64,000 nucleotides of DNA, taken from contig JACQIB010000001.1 in assembly GCA_016198755.1 (NCBI GenBank), positions 96,001 through 160,000 on the forward strand. The letters run 5' to 3'. Source of the DNA: Candidatus Aenigmatarchaeota archaeon. GTDB lineage: Archaea > Aenigmatarchaeota > Aenigmatarchaeia > Aenigmatarchaeales > JACQIB01. Positions 1 through 8,840 of this stretch are shown piece by piece. Position 1 is the first letter of the stretch, and each line of letters begins with the position of its first letter. Under the pieces are notes generated by a model. It was not told where the DNA came from. It searched no databases and worked only from the letters and a program-made list of their open reading frames with translations. The translations under genes and the position numbers were made by a program.

Positions 1-88
1 CTGCAACAGCAGTTTTCAGTTCCTTTTCATAAACCATAGCTTACTTTATATCCATTCCTTTATAAGTTTCCCCCTCAAAAAAGAAAGT

Positions 89-198
89 GCCTGAGTGGCT
101 CAGCCTAGTTAGAGCGCCAGACTCATATCATTATGAGTTTCGAGCGAAAGCTGTGAGATATCTGGAGGTCGTGAGTGCGAATCTCACCTCAGGCACCA
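89..198 (+). tRNA. tRNA-Met(CAT), elongator type, 32-nt intron at 37/38 (128-159)
   Basis: Acceptor GCCTGAG/CTCAGGC + ACCA; anticodon arm CCAGA-CTCATA|A-TCTGG; strict BHB (CTCA/TGAG, inner helix CA/TG). Confidence 0.93.
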
Positions 199-249
199 CT
201 TTCCAAAATAAAACAAACATTTATTAAGTCCGGAAACAGGATTTTTATT

Positions 250-1125
250 ATGAACTCTTCAAAGGTTTTTACAACCCTTGTATTTTTAATATCGCTTTCA
301 GTTTTCTCTGCTTCCGCGCTAGCTCTTAACATAACAGTTTCCTCCAGTTCACACAAGGTTTTCATGGGCGACACAGTAACAATATCTGGAAAAATATTCA
401 CTGATGAAGGCGCCACTGGAATTTTTGAGTACAGGGCAGCTGTAGTTGGGCCCAAGAGAGTTATAGTTTGCGATAGCAACAAGACAACAACTTTTGCTGA
501 TGGAACTTTTTCATTAGTTTGTAAATTGCCCACAGCCGAGGAAGCTGTTGCACTAGGAATACCGGCTGCTTCAACCCGTTCTGTCATTCCCTATATCGCA
601 GGAGTTGCTGTTAAGGACACAGGAAAGAACGAAACAGTAAAAAAGCATACAAAAGCTATTCTTGCTGTAAATAAGGATAGATTCTCAAAACAGCTGGACA
701 CAATGATAAGGCACATGGACCAGTATATAGCACATATGAACACTGTTTCCCAAAAATGCACAGATATAGCTGAAAGGGCAGAGCGATTTGGCTTAGTAAA
801 TATAAGCGAAGGGTGTTTAAGGATACAGGAAAGGACAAGTATAATTACAGGGAACATGACAGCAATAGAAAATCAGGCAAAGCAGCTAAAAGATAATTTA
901 AATGCCACTGACTTCCCTGGTTTCGTGGACTCTTTGGAAGGAATGAAAGGTTATATGGGAAATTTAACGAGTGAGATGAAAGGGTTTGGTGGTATGATGA
1001 TGAAAGTGAGATGGGAAGGGTTGAAGGAAATAAAGAAGTCTGTTGATGATATAAGGAAAGATATAGAAAAGAAGAGAGGAAATATACGGGGTATGAAAGA
1101 TATTGCAAGGGGTATGATGAAATGA
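250..1125 (+). CDS. Secreted hypothetical protein with C-terminal coiled coil
   Basis: ORF 175-1125; likely start MNSSKVF followed by a signal-peptide-like hydrophobic stretch. Confidence 0.7.
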   Translation: MNSSKVFTTLVFLISLSVFSASALALNITVSSSSHKVFMGDTVTISGKIFTDEGATGIFEYRAAVVGPKRVIVCDSNKTTTFADGTFSLVCKLPTAEEAVALGIPAASTRSVIPYIAGVAVKDTGKNETVKKHTKAILAVNKDRFSKQLDTMIRHMDQYIAHMNTVSQKCTDIAERAERFGLVNISEGCLRIQERTSIITGNMTAIENQAKQLKDNLNATDFPGFVDSLEGMKGYMGNLTSEMKGFGGMMMKVRWEGLKEIKKSVDDIRKDIEKKRGNIRGMKDIARGMMK

Positions 1126-1340
1126 GTGCAACTTTCAGGTTAATAGCATTATTTTCAGCACTTTCACTTGTTGTAATAGCTGGCTGTACTTCCCAATCAG
1201 GTGGAACTACAACCACAACCACACCTAGTTTTGAAACAGGAAGTGCTGATGCAGCAGCTTCAGATTTGAGTTCTTCTGCGGGTTCTGTTATTGATGACTC
1301 AACACCAACTACAGACCAAACAGTGCCTGATTTGACATAA
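1122..1340 (+). CDS. Small Thr/Ser-rich lipoprotein-like protein
   Basis: Hydrophobic N-terminus with lipobox-like IAGC; ATGA overlap with upstream stop. Confidence 0.7.
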   Translation: MSATFRLIALFSALSLVVIAGCTSQSGGTTTTTTPSFETGSADAAASDLSSSAGSVIDDSTPTTDQTVPDLT

Positions 1341-1342
1341 TT

Positions 1343-2038
1343 TTACTTCCAATATCCACTGGTCTTCGGAGATTTTTTCAGAACCTTTATCCTTATAGCA
1401 TTTGCAATATAGAACTCTAATGCTGTTTTTGCAAACCCCTGTTGGTACCTGCGGGAGGAAACAGGCATGCACATTTTTGGCAGAAACTTTATTTTTCCAA
1501 GTTTCCTTAATCTTGTTCCAAGCTCAAAATCTTCTAGTATATTAACATTTTCATCAAACCCACCAACAGCTTTCAAAGCTGTGCGCAGCACAGCAAGGTT
1601 TCCTGTACATAAGCAGGGGTAGCGCAATTTAGCAGAAACCCTGAGAAAATAATGTCCCCATATCTTCAGGTTTAATTTTGCTCTCTTTCCCCCATCATAC
1701 GGAACCAAAGGACCAAAAACAGCTATATTCTTTCCAATCCCTCCGAGTATTGTTTCCACCCAGTCCCTATATGGTATTGTATCAGCATCACAAAATGCAA
1801 TTATTTTCCCCCCAGCACTTTTCCAGCCCAGATTCCTTGCCTCAGAAATACCTTTTCCATGGTCTAAAAAAACCTTGTCAGCAAGCTTTTCTGCAATTTT
1901 AAAAGTCTTGTCCTTCGAGTGTCCGTCCACAACAATAATTTCAGGTTTTATTGTCTGTTTTCTTAATGCTTCCAGACACTTTCCAATATACTTTTCCTCA
2001 TTCTTTGAGCAGACAATAACCGAAACCAGCATAACCAT
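1343..2038 (-). CDS. Glycosyltransferase family 2
   Basis: VSVIV..NEEKYI, VVDGHSKD, FCDAD, GGFDE..ED motifs; start estimated. Confidence 0.9.
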   Translation of the reverse strand: MVMLVSVIVCSKNEEKYIGKCLEALRKQTIKPEIIVVDGHSKDKTFKIAEKLADKVFLDHGKGISEARNLGWKSAGGKIIAFCDADTIPYRDWVETILGGIGKNIAVFGPLVPYDGGKRAKLNLKIWGHYFLRVSAKLRYPCLCTGNLAVLRTALKAVGGFDENVNILEDFELGTRLRKLGKIKFLPKMCMPVSSRRYQQGFAKTALEFYIANAIRIKVLKKSPKTSGYWK

Positions 2039-2084
2039 ACTTATTTGCCCCCCTTTTTTAAAGCTGCAGAACATACTGAAATAT

Positions 2085-2161
2085 GCCTCGGTGGCTCAGC
2101 TCGGTAGAGCGGCGCACTTGTAATGCGCAAGTCGGGGGTTCAAATCCCTCCCGAGGCTCCA
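2085..2161 (+). tRNA. tRNA-Thr(TGT), no intron
   Basis: Cloverleaf GCCTCGG/CCGAGGC, anticodon loop CTTGTAA, encoded CCA. Confidence 0.95.
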
Positions 2162-2246
2162 TTCCCTCTCCACGTTAAAATATAACAGTGTTATATTATT
2201 GGTTCTGCAAAACCTTTAAAAGTTAGTTTAACATAACAATTCTCCT

Positions 2247-3317
2247 ATGGAACTGCCATTGGTTACAGTTGTAATCCCAGCAAGGAACGAGGAAAAAACA
2301 ATAGGCAACTGTTTAAAGAGTATACTGGAAGCAGACTATCCGAAAGAAAAGATGGAAGTTATAGTAGCAGTAGACGGCTGCACAGACAAAACAGAAGAAA
2401 TTGTGCGTTCTTTCAAAAATGTGAATGTGGTTGCTGGAGAGCCCAAAACTTCAAAAGCAGCAGCCCTGAATTCAGCCTGGCCCTCTGCAAAGGGTGAAAT
2501 AGTTGCAATTTTTGATTCTGATTGCATCGTAACAAAAGATTGTATAAGAGAAGCTGTAAAGCACTTTTCCAACCCAGATATAAATGCCGTTTCCGGCCCA
2601 AGCCTTTCCTACAATGAAAGAGGCAGCCTGATGTCAAAAGCCCTTTCCCTAGAAACAACTTTCATCTCCTATTATGAGTATTTCCTGAACAAGCATGGTG
2701 CTGACATAATTACAGCAGGAAATAACATGTTTTTCAGGAAAAGTATTCTAAAGGAAGTTGGTGGCTTTGACGAGGAGGTTATAGTAGAGGACCTTGCAAT
2801 ATCCATAGCAATAAAGCGCAAATCCCCTAAAAAACAGTGCAGCATTTTCGAGCCCAAATCTGTTGTGTACCATGAGGAACCTCCAAATTTCAATTCTTTT
2901 ATCCGCCAGCGCAGGCGCTGGACACGTGGAGCAGTACAGGCCCACAATAAATATGAGAAATCTGCCTCAATGAAATCCTTCCTGTCAGATGCGATGCACG
3001 GAACCTATTTCTATTTTCCTCCATTTACCTTCATTATAACAGCTTTAACAGCCCTTTTCCTCTATCTCTCCCTTCCCCTCCTCTACCTCTCCCCCCTCTA
3101 TATGCTTTTTATTTTTGTTTCGGCTCTCTTTATTCAGAGCCTCCGTTTTTTCAAACAATCCCTAACAAACATAGCTTACTTCCCAATATGGTTTTTCCTT
3201 AGCAACTTACAGGCTCTGTTAATACCCCTTTCAATTTTAGAAGAGTTAATGGGCAAGCAGAGCATATGGTACAGGCCAGATAGGGCAGGCCTCTCAACTC
3301 CCTTACCAACTATTTAA
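2247..3317 (+). CDS. Processive GT2 glycosyltransferase with C-terminal TM helices
   Basis: D,D,D and QRRRW motifs (DSD, VED, RQRRRW). Confidence 0.9.
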   Translation: MELPLVTVVIPARNEEKTIGNCLKSILEADYPKEKMEVIVAVDGCTDKTEEIVRSFKNVNVVAGEPKTSKAAALNSAWPSAKGEIVAIFDSDCIVTKDCIREAVKHFSNPDINAVSGPSLSYNERGSLMSKALSLETTFISYYEYFLNKHGADIITAGNNMFFRKSILKEVGGFDEEVIVEDLAISIAIKRKSPKKQCSIFEPKSVVYHEEPPNFNSFIRQRRRWTRGAVQAHNKYEKSASMKSFLSDAMHGTYFYFPPFTFIITALTALFLYLSLPLLYLSPLYMLFIFVSALFIQSLRFFKQSLTNIAYFPIWFFLSNLQALLIPLSILEELMGKQSIWYRPDRAGLSTPLPTI

Positions 3318-3341
3318 ACCTCCCAACCAATTCTTATTTAC

Positions 3342-3559
3342 GGGGTCGTGGTCTAGCCTGGTATGACAGCAGTCTCCAAGTCAGAACCTTGACGGTTCCG
3401 ACACCTCCCCAAACTTGGAGAGTCGAGCAAAAGCGATGAGATAACTGCCTGCGGGTGTTCAAAGCGCAAGAAGGGGAGACCCCTTCTTACCGCCCTATTA
3501 ACCCCCTTGGTTAGCGGTAAGGGAAAGTTCTCCCCGTGAGAATCACCCCGACCCCACCA
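3342..3559 (+). tRNA. tRNA-Trp(CCA) with introns at 37/38 (3380-3442, 63 nt) and 59/60 (3464-3542, 79 nt)
   Basis: Removing both gives a normal cloverleaf with T-arm GGGTG-TTCAAAT-CACCC; BHB-like motifs at both junctions. Confidence 0.9.
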
Positions 3560-4250
3560 CTCCCTCCTTACCAAAAACAATCTCTATATCTCCTTTGGCT
3601 CTTTCAGCTTCCAAAAGGCTATTAAACAAAGTCCTACACCTGTTCCCTGTATTGTTCAATAAACCCAACTCTAGTAAAGAATCTCCCATCTTTTCTGGAT
3701 CCAGAGCCTGCTTCAAACTGGTTCCCCCAAGTTTAGCATCTACTGCTAACATGCCGTGTACCGTTTCTCCCCTTCTCTCCACAGGTTCTCCATATTTTTT
3801 GTATAGTATATCAAAAACCTTTCCTCCGGTCATGCTCAAAGAAGCATACCAAGCACCTGTTTCCAAGACAACTTCGCTGAAATCTATAAGTTCTTTCCAA
3901 TCTTGCCGCGGACTTATCTTGTTCGCATCAAGCAGTTTACAAGTCAAAATCCAAAAATGTGGGGAGTTCAACAGCTGTATGTAGTGGGCTACCTCATGCG
4001 CTGCAGTGCCCCTCCATACTTCAGGATCCAAATCAAAAGTTATACCCTCAACTCGTAACGCCTTATAATCAGTTCTTGCAGAAAATCTAACCCCTCCCCC
4101 TGGCTCCCCATCAACTCCATACGCAGCCATATCAGCTCTCACAAGATTCCTATCAATATACCTAGGCTCAGGAGCATTCTGTCTTCTACAGTATTCTTTC
4201 ATCCTTTCCCAAGACTCCCTTAAAACCTGTTGCGGAGTTTCTTTTTCCAT
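3543..4250 (-). CDS. Hypothetical protein with HEXXH zinc-metallopeptidase-like motif
   Basis: 235-aa ORF containing AAHEVAH. Confidence 0.6.
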   Translation of the reverse strand: MEKETPQQVLRESWERMKEYCRRQNAPEPRYIDRNLVRADMAAYGVDGEPGGGVRFSARTDYKALRVEGITFDLDPEVWRGTAAHEVAHYIQLLNSPHFWILTCKLLDANKISPRQDWKELIDFSEVVLETGAWYASLSMTGGKVFDILYKKYGEPVERRGETVHGMLAVDAKLGGTSLKQALDPEKMGDSLLELGLLNNTGNRCRTLFNSLLEAERAKGDIEIVFGKEGVVGSG

Positions 4251-4302
4251 ACCAATTCCTTTAATACAAATCTTTAAATTCTCATACTTTCCAACCTCTA
4301 CA

Positions 4303-4476
4303 ATGCCAATTAATAAACTGGATTATGGGGTTGCTTTCGGGCTTACTATGGGTGCAGCAGGCGGCTTTCTATGGTCAGGCTTATCCATGAACATTATTAA
4401 CATTTTTATAGGCGCTGCAATAGGTGCAGTTGCAGGAATTGTTCTGGTCCAGTTAACCTCGTCCAAGAAGCTTTGA
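4303..4476 (+). CDS. Small glycine-zipper membrane protein (57 aa; not in ORF track)
   Basis: MPINKLDYGVAFGLTMGAAGG...IGAAIGAVAGIVLV; fills an intergenic gap after TATA-like TTTAAA. Confidence 0.6.
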   Translation: MPINKLDYGVAFGLTMGAAGGFLWSGLSMNIINIFIGAAIGAVAGIVLVQLTSSKKL

Positions 4477-5073
4477 ATGATGCGTTCTTATCAAAGGCAA
4501 TGCCACTTCTAATGCCCATATTCTCTCCTGTGCCTCAGAAACAGTTTGCCTTGGTAGATTATTTGCGCTTCTAACAGATTCTTCCACACCCTCTCTCGTA
4601 TCCTTATTCAAGATTACGTTCCCTACATATCTTACTCCCATATCTGCTCTCTCGAGAGCTACCAGTCTCTCTACATCCAGGGACTCTCTGTATTCTGTAA
4701 ATATACAAGCATGTAACTCCACACCACTACCATTTGGTTTTAAATAAATGCCCATAAGATTTCTACTCCCCCCAGCATTTCCATCAAATGTATCCCCCAT
4801 AACACTCTTTCGCAGCGGACCCAAATCTTCATGTACAGCTATATCACTTCTCCCATTCCCACCAAACTGCCCACGCACGAGGGGGCTTAATGACAAGGGA
4901 TAAACATAACAGGGAGAACCGCCCCCATTGGTTGTATACAGTACTCTGGCAACCCCCTCATTATCTATAGTTCTAGGGTCAACACCAATTAGGTCCAAAC
5001 AGACTTTGCCTCTGACCGCTCCGTTTCCCATATTAAAGCCACAGAATGAAAACGATTTAAAGGCATCACCCAT
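4453..5073 (-). CDS. Hypothetical protein
   Basis: 206-aa ORF (true start may be ~5031); no recognised motif. Confidence 0.55.
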   Translation of the reverse strand: MGDAFKSFSFCGFNMGNGAVRGKVCLDLIGVDPRTIDNEGVARVLYTTNGGGSPCYVYPLSLSPLVRGQFGGNGRSDIAVHEDLGPLRKSVMGDTFDGNAGGSRNLMGIYLKPNGSGVELHACIFTEYRESLDVERLVALERADMGVRYVGNVILNKDTREGVEESVRSANNLPRQTVSEAQERIWALEVALPLIRTHHSKLLGRG

Positions 5074-5084
5074 TATAGTTTATT

Positions 5085-5564
5085 ATGAAAACTGATTTGG
5101 TAGAAATAGAAACCCCAAAAGACTGCAACTGTATTTTGCTGACTTCCCACTTTATAAAAACAGTGGAGGATTTATACGAAACCCTTGTGCAGGCAGTTCC
5201 AGGAATAAAATTTGGTCTGGCTTTCTGCGAAGCCTCTGGAAAATGTTTAATTAGAAAGGCAGGAACAGACACAGAGCTTGTTTCCGCAGCTGTGCGTGCA
5301 GCAGAGAAACTTTCAGCTGGGCATTCTGCTATAATTTTCCTAAAATCATACCCAGTTAATGTTCTAAATGCTATAAAGCAGGTTTCAGAAGTTTGCACAA
5401 TCCATGCTGCAACAGCAAATGCTCTGAGAATTGTGATTGCTGACGATGGGAAAGGAAGAGGAATTCTGGGAGTTATTGATGGGGAGAAACCCAAAGGAAC
5501 AGAGAACGAAGCAGATGAAAAAGACAGGAAAGACTTCTTAAGGAAAATAGGATACAAGCTCTAG
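5085..5564 (+). CDS. Adenosine-specific kinase family protein (DUF355-like)
   Basis: SHFIKTVEDLYE, FGLAFCEASG, GRGILGVIDG motifs. Confidence 0.85.
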   Translation: MKTDLVEIETPKDCNCILLTSHFIKTVEDLYETLVQAVPGIKFGLAFCEASGKCLIRKAGTDTELVSAAVRAAEKLSAGHSAIIFLKSYPVNVLNAIKQVSEVCTIHAATANALRIVIADDGKGRGILGVIDGEKPKGTENEADEKDRKDFLRKIGYKL

Positions 5565-5594
5565 GTTTTTAAAAGCTCCCTGCCAATTAAAACA

Positions 5595-5717
5595 GCGCCG
5601 ATAGTCTAGTGGTAGGACCTCAGCCTTCCAAGCAGAAACCTCAGTGAGTTTCTGCACATCCGGCAATCCCGGTGTAGAAAGCTGATGACCAGGGTTCAAA
5701 TCCCTGTCGGCGCACCA
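5595..5717 (+). tRNA. tRNA-Gly(TCC) with 49-nt intron at 37/38 (5631-5679)
   Basis: GCGCCGA/TCGGCGC acceptor, TCAGC/GCTGA anticodon stem; intron folds into two hairpins. Confidence 0.92.
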
Positions 5718-5740
5718 GTTTTATTATTTAGAATTAACAA

Positions 5741-6610
5741 TTAATAAATGTGTTTAGCAAGTTCTGCTTTCAAACAGTTATCAGGATCTTCCGCGCCTTT
5801 ATTTTCTAACATTTGTATAAGAAAGGAATTATACTGACCACGATGGTTTATACGAATATCCATTCCTTTCGAATGTTCGAAATCATTAATTTTAACTACA
5901 ACTTCTCCCGGTACATTATGTTTATGACCCCAACCTGTATGATCTAATCCACCTTGACAGAAACCTCCCTCGTTAGGAACAAAAGACAATATATTTCCTT
6001 CTTTTTGTGGAACATTAACAGGCGGCGGAGATTCAACAGGTGCTGGTATTTCAATGGGGTGCTGTTCTGGAAGCTGTGGTAGATATTCAGCATGTTGAAC
6101 AACACCACCAGTATTTAGATGCACCGCGCTCTGGGCTCCATTTCCTCCTGTTATCAAATCATGAACATAGGAAGGCAAATCTGCAACATTCCAATGGCCA
6201 CCAAATATTCCTCTAAGAACGTAAATTCCGCCTACAAAGGCAAGTGGCATAATAGCTACTTTCAAAGCCCCACGTCTCCTGCTCCTATTAACTGTGGCTA
6301 CTTCAACTTCAACAGGTTTCCAGAGCTCCTTTTCCATAGCAGCGTACCTTTTATCCAGAGGCCTTAGATTATCAGGTTCAATGCCAACATTGGGTAGCCC
6401 ACAAACCTTAACAGGAGCTGGCAAATCTTCGATAGAATCCTCTTCAAATTCTCTAACTTTTCTATACCTTACTGTTGGAGACCTTAATCCCAACTTTTGC
6501 TCCATCTCTACATATCTCTTTTCCAGCTCTTTTACAGCTGTATTCACGGCAACCCCAGTTTTCGGGTCTACATCCCATACAGATGGTATGCCACCATTAT
6601 CCATATACAA
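5741..6610 (-). CDS. Membrane-anchored hypothetical protein
   Basis: 289-aa ORF with one TM segment, Pro-rich linker and a short internal repeat (LEKRYVEME / LDKRYAAME). Confidence 0.6.
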   Translation of the reverse strand: MYMDNGGIPSVWDVDPKTGVAVNTAVKELEKRYVEMEQKLGLRSPTVRYRKVREFEEDSIEDLPAPVKVCGLPNVGIEPDNLRPLDKRYAAMEKELWKPVEVEVATVNRSRRRGALKVAIMPLAFVGGIYVLRGIFGGHWNVADLPSYVHDLITGGNGAQSAVHLNTGGVVQHAEYLPQLPEQHPIEIPAPVESPPPVNVPQKEGNILSFVPNEGGFCQGGLDHTGWGHKHNVPGEVVVKINDFEHSKGMDIRINHRGQYNSFLIQMLENKGAEDPDNCLKAELAKHIY

Positions 6611-6665
6611 ACTATGAAAACAAACCTTTATAAGGTATACTCATTTTGTTCGGAAAGAACTAAAT

Positions 6666-6968
6666 TCAATCCTTAAACACATCTCCAAAGCACTTGCAGA
6701 AATATTCTTTTGTGTATTTGGCGGTTTTGTGCCCTTCTGGAGTCAGGGAATATACAATTATTTTACCTTTCTTCTCCCCCTTAATGAGTCCATTTTTCTT
6801 CAGTTCTTTCAAAGCAGGATAAAGAGTACCGGCTTTTGGTTTTATTCCCCTTCTTTTTTCAAGTTCCGCTGCAATTTCTTCCCCATACATTGGCTTCTTT
6901 GAAAGTAGGAACAGTATCAAAAAAGAGAGCATACCCCTCATATCACAGCCAAATTTTTCTATATACAT
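6666..6968 (-). CDS. PadR-family transcriptional regulator
   Basis: ILFLLSKKPMYGEEI, GTLYPALKEL, YSLTPEG. Confidence 0.9.
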   Translation of the reverse strand: MYIEKFGCDMRGMLSFLILFLLSKKPMYGEEIAAELEKRRGIKPKAGTLYPALKELKKNGLIKGEKKGKIIVYSLTPEGHKTAKYTKEYFCKCFGDVFKD

Positions 6969-6974
6969 ACAACG

Positions 6975-7043
6975 TATAGGTTATCCTATATATTTAAATA
7001 CAGGGGAAGCATATATAGGATATCCAATATTGGACAACCTATA
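6975..7043. promoter_or_regulatory. Three palindromic operator-like sites TATWGG-N4-CCWATA around a symmetric TATA box
   Basis: Sites at 6975-6990, 7014-7029, 7028-7043; TATTTAAATA at 6991-7000; adjacent to padR start. Confidence 0.65.
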
Positions 7044-7140
7044 ATGGAGGTGATGTGAATGATAAATGGCCCATGTTGCTAAAAACCTGAGTAGTTGCAG
7101 TGGGCAGTGTTTTAAAGAGCTGCCCACGCACTATTTCTAT

Positions 7141-7440
7141 ATGTCAAAATACTTCCGCAAGAAAAAAAGTCTGGAAAGGGAAACCCGTATAGCCAAAGAA
7201 AGGGTGGCTATATTGAAAGAAAGGATTGAAAGGGAACCTGAAAGTGCATTTGCAAAATCCTATACAAAAACCCTGCTGAAAATATCAAAAAAATACAGAA
7301 TCAGGCTTCCAGCAGGTTTTTTGAGCAGACTCTGCAGGGATTGTAATAATTACAGGGTTCTTGGAAAAACAGCCAAAATAAGGATTTTTAAGGGAAAACG
7401 CATAGTGATATGTAATTGTGGGAGAAAGGAGAAAGCTTAA
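7141..7440 (+). CDS. rnp4: RNase P protein Rpp21
   Basis: IAKERV, CRDC...C.CG zinc ribbon; precedes rps19e. Confidence 0.8.
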   Translation: MSKYFRKKKSLERETRIAKERVAILKERIEREPESAFAKSYTKTLLKISKKYRIRLPAGFLSRLCRDCNNYRVLGKTAKIRIFKGKRIVICNCGRKEKA

Positions 7441-7472
7441 AAACCTTCTACCCATAGTAAAGGGGGATTATT

Positions 7473-7895
7473 ATGACTCAGATAATGGCATTGGAGCCTG
7501 GAAAACTTTTAGGAGCTGTAAAGGAAGAGCTGAAAAAGAGAGGAGAAATAAAGCCTCACCCAGCCTCTATATTTACAAAAGCAGGGGTTTCAAATGAAAG
7601 ACCTCCAACTCAGCCAGATTTTTGGTTTATACGCTCAGCAGCACTTTTAAGGAAACTCTACATTGCTGATGGTCCGGTTGGTGTGGAAAGATTGCGCACA
7701 GCTTTTGGAGGAAGGAAAAGGATGGGACATGCAGGTGCACACCACAGGAAATCCGGAGGAAAATATATCAGATTGATGCTGCAGCAGCTGGAAGCAGCAG
7801 GCTTTGTTGCAAAAACAGAAAAGCCAAAAAAAGGGAGGATTTTAACTCCTGCTGGAAGGAAGTTCCTTGATGGAGTTGCAAAGGGGCTGAAGTAA
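7473..7895 (+). CDS. rps19e: 30S ribosomal protein S19e
   Basis: ERPPTQPDFWFIRSAALLRK, LQQLEAAG, GRILTPAG. Confidence 0.95.
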   Translation: MTQIMALEPGKLLGAVKEELKKRGEIKPHPASIFTKAGVSNERPPTQPDFWFIRSAALLRKLYIADGPVGVERLRTAFGGRKRMGHAGAHHRKSGGKYIRLMLQQLEAAGFVAKTEKPKKGRILTPAGRKFLDGVAKGLK

Positions 7896-8153
7896 ATGGG
7901 AGAAGATGCAATGCAGGCAGCCCAGATGGAGGCTGCAAAAAAAGTAATAATATCAAAGATACTGGACAAGGCAGCAGCAGAAAGGTTGGGAAGAGTAAGG
8001 CTTGCAAATGCAATGCTTGCCTCCCAATTGGAACTATACCTGATACAACTTTATCAATCAGGGCAGATGAAGGAAACAATAGATGATGAAAAGTTAAAGC
8101 AGATACTGGGGCTTTTAACAGAAACAAAAAAGACAAGGATAATGAGAAGATAA
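7896..8153 (+). CDS. PDCD5-like DNA-binding protein
   Basis: ILDKAAAERLGRVRLA, LIQLYQSG; conserved position after rps19e. Confidence 0.9.
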   Translation: MGEDAMQAAQMEAAKKVIISKILDKAAAERLGRVRLANAMLASQLELYLIQLYQSGQMKETIDDEKLKQILGLLTETKKTRIMRR

Positions 8154-8155
8154 AA

Positions 8156-8323
8156 ATGGGAGCAATACAACACAAAGCAAAGAAGCTGAGAATGATAGCT
8201 GCTGCTAAGAGAAAAGGAGCCCCCCGCTGGGCAGATCTTAAAAAATACAATAAAAGGGCACGCTCCCGCAGGATAAGAGTTTATGAAACAAAACACTGGA
8301 GAAGGGGAAGGCTGAAGTTATAA
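8156..8323 (+). CDS. rpl39e: 50S ribosomal protein L39e (55 aa; not in ORF track)
   Basis: KKLRM...APRWA...HWRRGRLKL; syntenic before rpl31e. Confidence 0.85.
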   Translation: MGAIQHKAKKLRMIAAAKRKGAPRWADLKKYNKRARSRRIRVYETKHWRRGRLKL

Positions 8324-8333
8324 AGTGATAAAA

Positions 8334-8840
8334 ATGGCAGAAGAAAAGAAGGAAGAGAAGATTTTCACAATACCTCTGCGCAAAGCCTATGAGACGGCTA
8401 GAACAAGGAGAACAGCGAAAGCCTCAAGGCTTGTAAGAGAGTTCCTTGAAAAACATTTGAAAGTTGAAGATGTAAAGATAGGGCCTTCAATAAATCATTC
8501 TCTCTGGTCACGCGGAATCCAAAAACCCCCTCACTCTATTCGTGTACATGTACTGAAAGAGGACAAGACTGTTTATGCAGAGCTTCTCGGGATTGAAATA
8601 AAGAAGCCTTCTTTAAAGGAAAAGGAGGAAAAAGAAAAGAAAAAGGCTGAGAAAGAGAAGAAAATCAAGGAAGACAGGAAAGAGAGAAAGAAGATGACAA
8701 TTCAGGAGGAAATTAAGAATGAGTCTGGTGCAGCTCCAGTTTCTACAGAAGCTATAGCAAAGGAAGAGGCAAAGGTTGAAGCTGGAATAGAAAAGCTGGA
8801 AAAAGAGCAAAAGTCTGCAGAAAGGGAAAGCCCAAAGTGA
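8334..8840 (+). CDS. rpl31e: 50S ribosomal protein L31e with long charged C-terminal extension
   Basis: IFTIPLR, LWSRGIQKPPHSIRV. Confidence 0.92.
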   Translation: MAEEKKEEKIFTIPLRKAYETARTRRTAKASRLVREFLEKHLKVEDVKIGPSINHSLWSRGIQKPPHSIRVHVLKEDKTVYAELLGIEIKKPSLKEKEEKEKKKAEKEKKIKEDRKERKKMTIQEEIKNESGAAPVSTEAIAKEEAKVEAGIEKLEKEQKSAERESPK

